Assembly: GCA_951406725.2 (NCBI GenBank)
Contig: OX597832.1
Coordinates: 62,001-126,000, forward strand
Direction: 5' to 3'
DNA: 64,000 bases
From: Octopus vulgaris
Taxonomy: Eukaryota
Shown here: positions 11,389 to 22,562 of the stretch, in pieces
How the letters are laid out: each line of letters begins with the position of its first letter
Position numbering within the stretch: the stretch's first letter is position 1
The notes under the pieces: model-generated
The model's input: only the letters and a program-made list of their open reading frames with translations
What the model was told of the DNA's origin: nothing
Databases searched by the model: none
Made by a program: the position numbers and the translations under genes

Positions 11389-12163
11389 TGAGCAGGTACC
11401 CAAAAGTAACCAGAAACAGTCTCTGTGGGACAAGCCTGTTGTAGTTCGGCTTCCACTGCTAGAAGCCACTTGATGCCACCCGTAGGCATCAGTCTGCCAA
11501 CCAGTGTCATCCAGTAAAGTCATACTGCCATTTGGTGTGTCTTTGTTTTGCAGTGCTTCTCCCGTTTGTCAATTTTTGCGATGGCTGAAGCAAAGGACCA
11601 GCATGCTTCAGTGAACTCCTGTTTTCTGTTGGGGAAAACAGTTGTCATGCTTCAAACAGTTTACAAGGATGCTGCCATGAGCAAAACACAAGCTTACAAC
11701 TGGTTTTTACGCTTTAGGAATGGTCACTTGTTGCTTGATGATCAACTTCATTCAGAATGACTTCAACCACCTGAATGAATGAAAACATGCAAATTTATGA
11801 ATTGATCTTGGAGGACTGTTGCCAAACAATTGATGAACTTGTTGATATGACTAGTCCTGGAGCTCCTGCTAACAAATTTTGTGCAAAGAATTGGGAATGA
11901 GTTGCAGCAAAACTTGTGGCTCACTTGCTCACAGAAGATCAAAAGCAGTCATGACTGAATGCGAAGGTGTGAAATGACTGGTGATGAAAGCTGTTACTGT
12001 GGAATTTGCAGATGAAGGAAAAACGACAGAGGTGTTAAAAGGTATCACTTCACAAGAGTTCGAGGACTGCTTTGAACAATAGGAAATGTGTCTGGACCAG
12101 TGCACTTCTTCACAGTGAATAACAAATATTGCAAAATTCTGGTTTCTTTTGGGTACCCCCTCA
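11389..12163 (+). mobile_element. Mariner-family DNA transposon, internally deleted
   Basis: TIRs TGAGCAGGTACCCAAAAGTAACCAGAA / TTCTGGTTTCTTTTGGGTACCCCCTCA with TA flanks; HTH remnant CFLLGKT..MLQTVYKDAAMSKTQAYNWF. Confidence 0.85.
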
Positions 12164-12682
12164 TATTGTGTAATGTCAAGCTTACATATTTATGCAAGCA
12201 TGTAAGCATAATTTTTACCCCACTGAAATTAATACTACCTGAACAAGATTGTGGAATGGTCATAATCTTAATGGTGTCATGTGGTTAAATATTTTCACCT
12301 CTCATACCTCTTGATTTTTATGGTTTATATATACACATATGTATCTATGTATGTTTGTATTTGTGTATATACTAGCTGCTTTCTCATATACAAGCAAAGC
12401 CATTGCTAGAAAGAATCACTGAAATGAGTCATTGATGAAGCAGTGTGAGGCCCTTGTATGACTCTTGAGTCCAGCAAAAGATTTGCACATTCTGTTGCAT
12501 AATGCATAGCTATGTTGGCTGGCAGAAGGAACAGGTACCATAGTATGAACTCTTTTAACATGTCATTTTCAATCCTCCAACTGAAAGTCACACCTTTCCA
12601 CAGGTTGCATATTTTCTGTTGTGAACAATAGCTATATCACAATTTACACATGTACGTACCAACCTACCTACATACATATATA

Positions 12683-12990
12683 TGATGGGCTTCTTCCAGT
12701 TTCCATTTACCAAATCTTCTCACAAGGCTTTGATTGACATTTTATTATAATAAAAGACACTTGCTCAATACCTATCCATGTCAGTACATTTATGTGTGTG
12801 TATAATGTTCTATCTTTTATTTGTATTAGTCATTTGATTTTGGGCATATAATATAGAGGTTTTAGTTGAACAAATCAACTCCAGTACTTATTTTTTAAAG
12901 CTTACTACTCATTCTATCAGGCTCTTTTGCTGAACTGCAAAGTTACAAGGAATAAACCATGTGGGGGTGAGGAGCAAACACAGTCACATA
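12683..12990 (-). mobile_element. Decayed fragments of the tRNA-derived SINE family
   Basis: Similar to parts of the 16785-17172 SINE (GATGGGCTTCTT..CAAATC..CACAAGGCTTTG; CCAGTACTTATT..CTCTTTTGC). Confidence 0.6.
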
Positions 12991-12991
12991 G

Positions 12992-13052
<61 letters not shown>

Positions 13053-13267
13053 AAAATATTAGGGAATAAATCCAAACTTACAGGGAAAAATCAGATTTAG
13101 GATTAAATCCAATTTTATAGTATAAATATATTATATTATATTATATTAAATTAGAGATAAAACCACTATTAGGCAAATCAAACAATGAAAAACATAAACC
13201 AATATATAAAATTAATTTAATTTATATTATTTTAAATATATATCAAAAGTATTAAAAGTTTAATAAA

Positions 13268-13306
<39 letters not shown>

Positions 13307-13341
13307 GCTTCTTTAGTTTCCATTATCAAATCTAGTCACAA

Positions 13342-14748
13342 TGTGATTTCCAAAGCGCCCGCTCAACTGTTGACATGATCTTTGTCTCACGTCTTCTCCA
13401 GGAGAAATGCCGTGAACAAAACCACTCCCTTTACATGGCTTTTATAGACTTAACCACAGCCTTTGACACCATTGACCATGATGTTTTGTGGGAAATCCTG
13501 AAAAAAATTTGGCTGCCCAGCAAATTTTCTTGCCATTGTGAAGGACTTCCACAACAGTGATGACCAGAGTCATCCATAATGGCACACAGTCTGACTTATT
13601 CTGGGTCCAAGTCAGTGTCAAGCAAGGATGCATACTTGCCCTGGTCATCTTCAACTTCTACATGGCAGTTGTAGCCCTCCATGCCAGGCATTCATTCAAG
13701 CTGAAAGATGCAATAACTATCAGATACCGGCCAGATGGCAGTATCTTCAATCTGAGGTGCCTGAAGCAAAGACGTCATCTCAACACATCTTTGAGTTGCA
13801 ATAAGCAGATAATACAGCACTCGTCAGCCATAGCTCTGCTGGCCTTCAAAGGCTCTTGGACCACATGTCAGATGCATACAGCCATGCTGGCCTAGTCATC
13901 AATACCAAGAAGATGGAAATCCTCCAACAGCCTTGTACCCCTGACACCAACCCATGCTCCTTCCATGTTGAAGATGTGACAATTGTTAATATAAACTAAT
14001 TCACGTACCTTGGCTCAGTCCTCAACAACACTCTTGATCTGACAGACGATATTTAACGCTGTATTCATCATGCCTCTGCTGTGTTTGGTCGGCTACGTAC
14101 TCGCGTCCTTCTTAACAAAAACATCAACATCATAACAAGAGTGGGTGTCTATAATACTGTTTGTGTCTCAATCCTGCTATATGGCTGTGAGTCTTGGGTG
14201 TCCTACTGGTGTGATATCAAGACGCTCGAAAGGTTTCGTATCTCTTGTCTTCAACAACTCCTTGGCTTACATTGGTGGAACAGAATCCCTCATGCTGAGA
14301 TACGTGGCTGAACAAACAGCCAGCCATTGGAGGTAACAATCTCTAATCACCAACTCAGATGGGCAGGGCATGCCATTCAAATGCTTTCAAATCAATTGGC
14401 CTGCCTTGTTATGTACAGTCAACTTGAATATAGAAGATGCTCTGTCAGTGGCCAGCACAAGTGCTTTAAAGATCACCTGAAGGCAACACTGAAAAAGTGT
14501 CATATCATTCCTGACAGTCTCGAATCAATGGCTGCAGATTGTACTAGCTGGCACGATGCTTACAAGACTGGCAGTACGTGGAGAACGCTGGAAGTCAATA
14601 GCAGCAAGGCTTTACTTGTTCCACTTGCAGATGTATCTGTCTCTCCAGAATTGGACTTCATAGTCATCAGAGATCACATAACTACAAATGATGTCTGGGA
14701 AAAGTACTCATTGCTTCGCGATGTTCACGAAATGAGATGATAATGATA
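13342..14748 (+). mobile_element. BovB-like RTE LINE 3' fragment with long TSD
   Basis: DMIFVSRLLQEKCREQN..AFIDLTTAFD, VKQGCIL, LLYGCESW, QLRWAGH; flanked by ~41-bp direct repeats at 13301-13341 and 14749-14789. Confidence 0.85.
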
Positions 14749-14900
14749 TGATGGGCTTCTTTAGTCTCCACTATCAAATCTAGTCACAAAGCTTTGGTTG
14801 GGGTGGGGCTATAGTAGAAGATACTTACCCAAAGTGTCATGCAGTAGGACTGAACCTAGACCCATGTGGTTGAGCAGCAAACTTCTTACGACATAGCCAC
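14749..14900 (-). mobile_element. tRNA-derived SINE head (target of the RTE insertion)
   Basis: Reverse-complement match to the SINE at 21715. Confidence 0.7.
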
Positions 14901-14906
14901 ACACAC

Positions 14907-15260
14907 ACGAGGTCTAATCAAAAAGTATTAGGGTTGGTGCTATAAAAAGAAAACTACATCACTTATCATTTTGGCATTTAATCTCCTTCACAGTAGTCCC
15001 CTTCTAAAGCCACACAGTTTATCCAGCACTTTTTCCATTGATTGAAGCATTTCTGGAACTCCTTTTTTGGGATAGTGAGCAGCTGTCTAGTCACATTCTT
15101 TCCTTTATATAGGATTTGATTTTTGTCTTTGTTTCAGGGTCATAGCCATAGACTCATGATTCATTATCTGATATGACCATTTTCAAAAACGTTTTTGACT
15201 TTATCACTACAAATAAGGAAATTCTGCACAGCTGAAACCCAGTCTTCTTGAGATAATCAT
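14907..15260 (-). mobile_element. Mariner fragment (C-terminus and TIR)
   Basis: Minus-strand FQKCFNQWKKCWINCVALEGDY resembles a mariner C-terminus; CGAGGTCTAATCAAAAAGTA is TIR-like. Confidence 0.6.
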
Positions 15261-16784
15261 ACTCTTCACACTTTATGTCCAAGCACTGCTATAAACAGTA
15301 GAAGTGAGTGAGAATGTTATATAGATCAATCTGTGCCAAGCAGCTTCAGTCTGTGTACCTTAGCTCTATTACCTCTGTGCATGTGTGTCTGTACGTTTGT
15401 GTCACCTTGTGCTGGTATTACATGATAGTTGCACAAGAATTGTTGCCGTACAAGCAGTGTCATTCATTTCTAATCCTCTGTGAAAACATCTAGTCATGGG
15501 AAATATCACCTTGTTTGGGAAATAAGTAAGGGAAGTAACCGGAAGAGCATTTTGACTTAGAAAATTTGCCGTAACAAATTCTGTCTGACCTGTGCAAGCA
15601 TGGAAAAGTGGATATTAAAATGTTGATAATAATAGCACTATTGTTACTGAAACGTTATACTAAGGCATTCTCAATTCACTTGTCCCTTACATTGCCTATA
15701 TTTTGTACTAGCCCCCCCCCCCCCCTCCCCCGCCTCTCCCACTAAGTCACTGTCCTAATATTTCTAGTTTCTTTTCTTCAGAACATCATCACTCTGGAAA
15801 TTCTTCTCTGCTTATGTCTTTCCTTCAGTTATCAGTTTGCAAAAGTTCATGAGGAACAGTAATCACATCAATCTCGTGTGCACAAACCCTTTTCTAGAGC
15901 AGCAACAGAAACTGTTAAACTATTCAATATGGTAATGAGTAGTATTCTGGGAAGGACATTTTTATCTAGAAGTTTGTTGTTGATATATATATATATATAT
16001 TGTCAGTTAATTCTCCTCAAATTTAATGATATATAGATGAAGGAATATGTAATCATAATCCATACTTCTCACATGATCTGTAAATTACTGATGTATCAAT
16101 AGTGTTTTCTTTGAATGTTATATAGTACTACAGAATATATATAGATATATATAGATGCTATACTGTATTACAGAATATATCTAAAGATTTATAGATATAC
16201 AATACGGCATTCAAGATGCTAAACAAGGTTGATTAATAGAAATGCTGTTATCTAAATTGGAGTTGCATCAAAACTATCTATATTCTGATATAAATGTGAT
16301 CTAGCATTGAGCTTTAGCAACAGATGAATGATATCTAATTAAAAATAAGATGGGGGCAGGTGATTGTTGCTACTTGTTAGAGAAAGTAGTTTTGCTTTAA
16401 AAGTAATGGTATTGATTTCTAATATATTTCCATCAGTTATTAATCTGATTACAACTGCAAAGTAGAATTTAAAGTTCTCTCATTCACAGTTTGGTATTCT
16501 ATAAAATCTCTCTTACCTTTCTTTAGGGCACTAACACGTTTTATGTTTGTATGAACTAATTTAGCTATCCCTTACAATCAACTCTGTTGCTTTCATAGTC
16601 CTTTTCAAAATAGTGAATCTGTTTTAGATAGACGTGAAATTCACTCTTTACATTTAGCAACAGATACATGTTAAATATTCAATAAAGAGTTAATAGGATT
16701 TACTATTAGCTGGCAGGAAATGTTGTTACTGCTTAAAAGTAATGATATTCATTCCTGTTATATTTCCATTAGTATTTTTTTTTT

Positions 16785-17172
16785 TCTTTTACTTCTTTCA
16801 GTCATTTAACTGCGGCTATGCTGGAGCACCGCCTTTAGTCGAGCAACTCGACCCCGGGACTTATTCTTTGTAAGCCCAGTACTTATTCTATCGGTCTCTT
16901 TTGCCGAACCGCTAAGTGACGGGGACATAAACACACCAGCATCGATTGTCAAGCAATGCTAGGGGGACAAACACAGACACACAACACACATGCACACATA
17001 TATATATACATATATACGATGGGCTTCTTTCAGTTTCCGTCTACCAAATCCACTCACAAGGCTTTGGTCGGCCCGAGGCTATAGAAGAAGACACTTGCCC
17101 AAGGTGCCACATGAACCCAGAACCATGTGGTTGGTAAGCAAGCTACTTACCACACATCCACTCCTGCGCCTA
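16785..17172 (-). mobile_element. tRNA-derived SINE, near full-length (B-box region deleted)
   Basis: Head GGCGCAGGAGTGGATGTGTGGTAAG, internal (TA/CA) tract, A-rich tail; related copies at 21715 and 60700. Confidence 0.8.
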
Positions 17173-18749
17173 TGGTAGTATTAGTTCTCTGATTCAAGAT
17201 ATTTGCTTCATTAGCAGCATCTGCCACTACCAGCAGAACCACCATCACAATATATGAGGCAACAAAGGAACCTCTACATTGTTGTTCAGTCTGGTAGAAA
17301 TATGAGAAAAATTCCCTTATCACATCCTATTATTAAATAAGGAAAGGAAACATCAGCTGAAATGTGCATTTTTTGCAACAGGTGTAGGCATAACAGTATA
17401 CTTTAGAAAGAAGTTCAGTTTATAACACTTTTGATTTTCATTCCACTTCATGTCACCTTGAGGCTTGTGTCTTCAGCTATTACTTCAATTTGACCAATGC
17501 TTTACAAGTGAAATTTGGTAAGCAGAAACTGCATGGAAGTCCATCACATGTAATAAATATGTGTATCCATGTGTGTTTCTCCATGTCTTCACATTGGCAC
17601 TGCTTTGATAGAGGTGATGTTCATGTCATTGCATCTTGGTGATTTAATAAACTAAGGTTTGTGTCAAGGTAATCTAAGCAATAATGATGATGAACTACTG
17701 ATGCAAATTTTGCATGTATAAGTGTTGGCTTAGAAATGGAATCACTAAATGTATATGGTATTGGACTACTAACTCATAAATGTTGAGTTCAGATCCATTG
17801 CAAGCACTTATTTGGGGTAGCATACACAACTATCAATAATTGGCACTAGATCACAAGTTTAGAAATGGTTATCTGTGACAAACAGGTAAAAAATATTTCT
17901 CTGATCCACATAAAGTCATGGAGGATCTTAACACTGGTTCATAAAATCCATCAGTGCTTAAGAAATATTTACATCCAGCTAGTCTGACCCTATTGATACC
18001 AGCCCACAACATGGCTCCTCCACCTTGTTGTTGATGTCGTAAACATTGGTGATGCTCTTCTCAAATAGACCTAACCATTTGCCCAACTGTCAGGTTCATC
18101 AAGGGTCACCCTGGTTTTGTCAGTGAACAGAACACAACCGTCTAACGTCATGTACTTTTGGGCCCATTGAAACCTCAAACTCCTGTGGTGGGATGTTAAA
18201 GGAGGCAGTTTCAGGGGTTCTTGCATGGAAGCCATGGTCCCAAGGATGCGATTTCTGATGGTTTTGGTACATGAGGAAGTTTGGAGGTAGTGAAAATGGC
18301 TTTGCTTGTTTGTCCAGCTTTCCCACGTAACTTGCAGCCAATATTCCTTAAATCTCTAGCTTGGAGGTCTCACAATCAGGTCGTTTCTTCCTTGGTACTC
18401 ATGTGGCCAAATAATTCATTATGTCAATAAATGTTATAATATCATTATGGTTTTCTGTTAAATATATACTCAATGTATGCTTAATATGTATGAGTACCCT
18501 TCATTTTCTAAAAACAAAATGTCAATGTGGGCTATTTTCATTCAAAAGCTATTAGCGTGTTCACCCCCAAACTGAAGAATCTGAAATAAAAAAGAAAGGA
18601 CGTTACACAGAATAATGAAAACAACAATGGTGTTGCCATAGTGTGCAAACCAGCTGGGAAAAGTTTTATCAAAATTGATTCACAGAAAATTGAGAAATCC
18701 TAAATCTCACTCCTAATCTATTAGCGTGGTTCAGGGAGTATTGTTATTC

Positions 18750-21620
18750 TAATTTCATTTTTCTCTGCTCGACGGCAGTTTATCGAATATGGATTTAATC
18801 TTTCTTGTAAACATTAGTTCAACTGAGGATTTACTTGATAATGTGTTTGAGTTTTGAGTAACTCTATATACCCTTAGAAAGTTTATTAATGCCAGGTCAT
18901 CAATCCTTCCATTGTTTGCTTTTCTTAGTGCCCTCTTGAATGTGTCCACAAACCGTTCTGCCTGACCATTTAACTGTGACTAATATAATGGCGTGGTTAT
19001 ATGATCAATTTGGAACATCTGGCAGAAATCTCTGAATTGAGATCCTGTAAACTGTGTTCCTTTATCAGACACAATGGTATCCAGTATACCATATCAAGCA
19101 AATATCTCATGAAGGAAATCAATTATTGCAAAGGATGTAGGATGTTTACATTTACATACTTCTGGCCATTTTGTGTAGCTATCCACTACAAGAAAATAGC
19201 TTCCATATAGTGGGCCTTTGAAGTCCATGTGAAGCTGGGACCATGGTGTCTCAGTCTTTGGCCACAGTTAACATCTTACAGTAGGTGATTTTGTTGTCAG
19301 AGCATAGCGTCTGTGGGATCTTACAAGAGTTTTGATATCTTTATCTGTCTTTGGCCAATACACATAGCTTCTCATAAGTGCTTCCATGAGTGACATTCCT
19401 GGATGTCCAACATGAAAATCTTTCAGAATTCTTTTTTGCTGTGTAAATGGTACTACAATCCTCTGTGCGTACATTAGAATGTTGTTGCATACAGTCTGGC
19501 ATGTATTTACTTTAAAGTCATCTTTCAATGCTTTGGCTTTAATTTCTTCTAAGGTTAAAGGCAATTCACTAATCACGATAAAATGCTTTTTATCTCTGTT
19601 TCAACTCTTAAGAATGCAATCATACTTATTTTGAATGATCCAACATTTTCAGGTATTAACCTAGATAACCTGTCTGCTTGGCTTAACAATTTTGAGGAGA
19701 GGTTTTCCATTTTGAAATTGTAGTTCAACAAAATGGTTCCCCATCTCTGTAATCTATTGGTTTTGTGTGCTGGGATGCCCTTCTTAGAGCCAAATATAGT
19801 CAATAAGGGGCAATGATCAGTTTGATGACAAAACCTTCTGTTATGGATGAATTTATGGAACTTTTTTTACAGCATAAATACTTGCCAAAGCTTCTTTCTC
19901 AATCTGGCTATAATTCCTCTCAATGGGCAATAGTGTATGTGATGTATGTGCTACAGGTTTTGTATTACCATCTTCATACTTATGCAAAATTACTGCACTA
20001 ATAACATATTCACTGACATCTGAAGCTACTATAATTTCCTTTTTCATATCGTAGTGTGTTAAAGATAGCTCGGAAGTTAGTTTATCTTTTAATTGTTTGA
20101 AGGCTCCTTGGCATTTTTACATCCCATTTCATTCCTTTCTTTAGCAGGTAATTTAATGGTGCACGCAAGTTATGAATATTAGGGATGTAACTTTGGTAAT
20201 AATTCTCCAAACCCCCAAAACTTGTAATCAAAGCTGTGGAGTCAGAGTTGGAAACAGTTAATGCTTAGCTGGAGTCAGAGTTGATAAAACTATACCAACC
20301 CTGATTCTGACTCACAGTGTCTTTATTCTTTAATATAAACCAGTTATAACATGTAGGTCTACTCAAAGTACAAGCATATGCATATGCTTTATGAGATATG
20401 CAGACCATAATCACTTAATTACATAAGTAGGAGTCAGAGGTGCCAATAATACAGGAGTTGGAGTCAAAGTTTTTTGTTTTGACTCCACAGCGCTGCTTGT
20501 AATGTCACCATGTTCTTTCTCGAGGACATATTTTTAATTGCTGATGCCCTGGTAGGATCCAGACTCCAACCCTTTCGATCTATGATTTTCCCCAAATATC
20601 TAATTTTAGGCAAAAAGAAATCACACTTACCTCTGCTCAGTGTGAATCTGTATTCATTTAGTTTTTTAAATGTCTTTTTCACATGTTGTACATGCTGACT
20701 TCTTGATCCACTCTTAATCAATATGTCATCGAGATATACAATTGCAAATTCACAGTTTGCTAACATTGCATCCATAATTTGTTCGAAGATCACCAGTGTG
20801 ACTTTTAAGCCAAATGATAACCTGTTGTATTTATACAGTCCTTTATGTATGTTAATTGTTAGGTATTTAGAGCATTCATCATCTAATCTAATTTGTAGAT
20901 ATGCATCAGAGAGATCCAGTTTAGAAAATATCTTGCCACTGTCTAATTTCGCAAATATGTCCTCTGGAGTAGGTAGCGGATAGTTGAACATTTTAAGACA
21001 TTAGTTTAACCCAGTGAAAAAATCACCACACAATCTGATTTTATTCTTTTTCTTAACATACACAGTTGATGATGCCCATTTAGAATATGGCAATCTTTGG
21101 ATAACTCCAATTTTTTCTAGTCTCTCTAAGTTTATCTGTTCTAACACAGTGTATGGCACATTTCTTTTTGGTTTAAAAATTGGTACTGCATTTTTTTAAA
21201 TCTCAAATTTTGCTTTTGTTTTCAAACATGCACATAGTTTGTCTGAAAACACATCTGGGAATACTTTCATTAATTCTTTTTGCAATTTGTCCGAGTCTGT
21301 GTTAGAACTTGTGCCTGTCTGTACCTATTACATTTTTGCAATAGTGATTAATGGGTAAATCCCAGAGATCAAACTTCACTATCCAATTCGTTCCAAATAG
21401 ATCGTTAGTATTATTTAGCTCAAAAGCCTTTGCTTTTATCTTTCTAACTTGAAAAGTCACATTGTAATTGAATTCACCTCTAAACAATAATTTACTTCCC
21501 GAAACACCTCTTTTGTAGTTTTACTTAGTACTGGTTTACCAAAAACATTCATGTTTGTCATTTAATATAGTTATATCATTCCCAGTATCGAGCTGTAATC
21601 TGATATTTGTTCCATTTATT
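18750..21620 (-). mobile_element. Decayed Ty3/Gypsy LTR retrotransposon pol (protease-RT-RNase H-integrase)
   Basis: Protease LQLDTG; RT FSKLDLSDAYLQI and YLDDILI; RNase H IVASDVSEY and ERNYSQIEKEALA; integrase HVGHPG..RSYVYWP and DTFKRAL, in Gypsy domain order. Confidence 0.9.
20229..20495. mobile_element. hAT-type MITE inserted in the Gypsy RT
   Basis: TIRs CAAAGCTGTGGAGTC / GACTCCACAGCGCTG; 8-bp TSD CTTGTAAT at 20221-20228 and 20496-20503; internal GGAGTC repeats. Confidence 0.85.
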
Positions 21621-21712
21621 CAAATGGAAATTAAGGCAAAAAAATAAATTAAAAAGTAATGAAAAGTATTTTTTAAAAACCGGTAGAACCTGATTTGCTC
21701 TTCTACTTTTTC

Positions 21713-21881
21713 AGGCACAGGAGTGGCTGTGTGGTAAGAAGCTTGCTTCCCAACCACATAGTTCTGGGTTCAGTCCTACTGCGTAGCAACTTGGGCAAAT
21801 GTCTACTATAGCCTTGGGCCAACCAAAGCCTTGTGAGTGGATTTGGTAGACAGAAACTGAAAGAAGCCCGTCATATATATA
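21713..21881 (+). mobile_element. tRNA-derived SINE head with Pol III A and B boxes
   Basis: A-box-like TGGCTGTGTGG and B-box-like GGTTCAGTCC; ends in a (TA)n tract abutting the RTE tail. Confidence 0.8.
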
Positions 21882-22056
21882 TCATCATCATCATCATCAT
21901 CGTTTAACGTCCGCTTTCCATGCTAGCATGGGTTGGACGGTTCAACTGGGGTCTGGCAAGCCCGAAGGCTGCACCAGGCCAGTCAGATCTGGCAGTGTTT
22001 CTACAGCTGGATGCCCTTCCTAACGCCAACCACTCCGAGAGTGTAGTGGGTGATTT

Positions 22057-22410
22057 TATGTGCCACCGACACAGGTGCCAGACGAGGCTGGCAGATGGTC
22101 ACGCTCGGATGGTGTTTTTTTATGTGCCACCGACACAGGTGCCAGACGAGGCTGGCAGACGGCCACGCTCGGATGGTGTTTTTTATGTGCCACCGACACA
22201 GGTGCCAGACGAGGCTGGCAGACGACCACGCTCGGATGGTGTTTTCGGTGTTTTCTTATGTGCCACCGACACAGGTGCCAGACGAGGCTGGCGAACGGCT
22301 ACGCTCGGATGGTGTTTGTTACGTGCCCACAGCACGGAGTCCAGTCAATGCGGTACTAGCTACGGTCCCGTTCGGATGGTTTTCTTATGTGCCACCGGCA
22401 CTGGTACCAC
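22057..22410. repeat. ~63-bp minisatellite in the RTE 3'UTR
   Basis: TGTGCCACCGACACAGGTGCCAGACGAGGCTGGCAGACGGCCACGCTCGGATGGTG repeated four times plus degenerate units. Confidence 0.9.
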
Positions 22411-22562
22411 AAGGATACAAATTCCATTGATGTTCATCTATTTTGATTTGATTCGATTTGACTTTCACTTGCCTCAACAGGTCTTCACAAGTATCACAAG
22501 CAGGAAGGTATGCACAGGTGGACTGACTACGTCCCAGGTAGGGGCCATGGGTTATGGCTTCA

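Noticed and set aside
17985-18400. Possible exon or old LINE fragment; similarly 12370-12600 and 62240-62620
   Set aside because: No convincing motif or splice pair could be read
22057-22410. CRISPR-like regularly spaced repeats
   Set aside because: Units are contiguous with no unique spacers, lie in a LINE 3'UTR, and there are no cas genes; the context is eukaryotic
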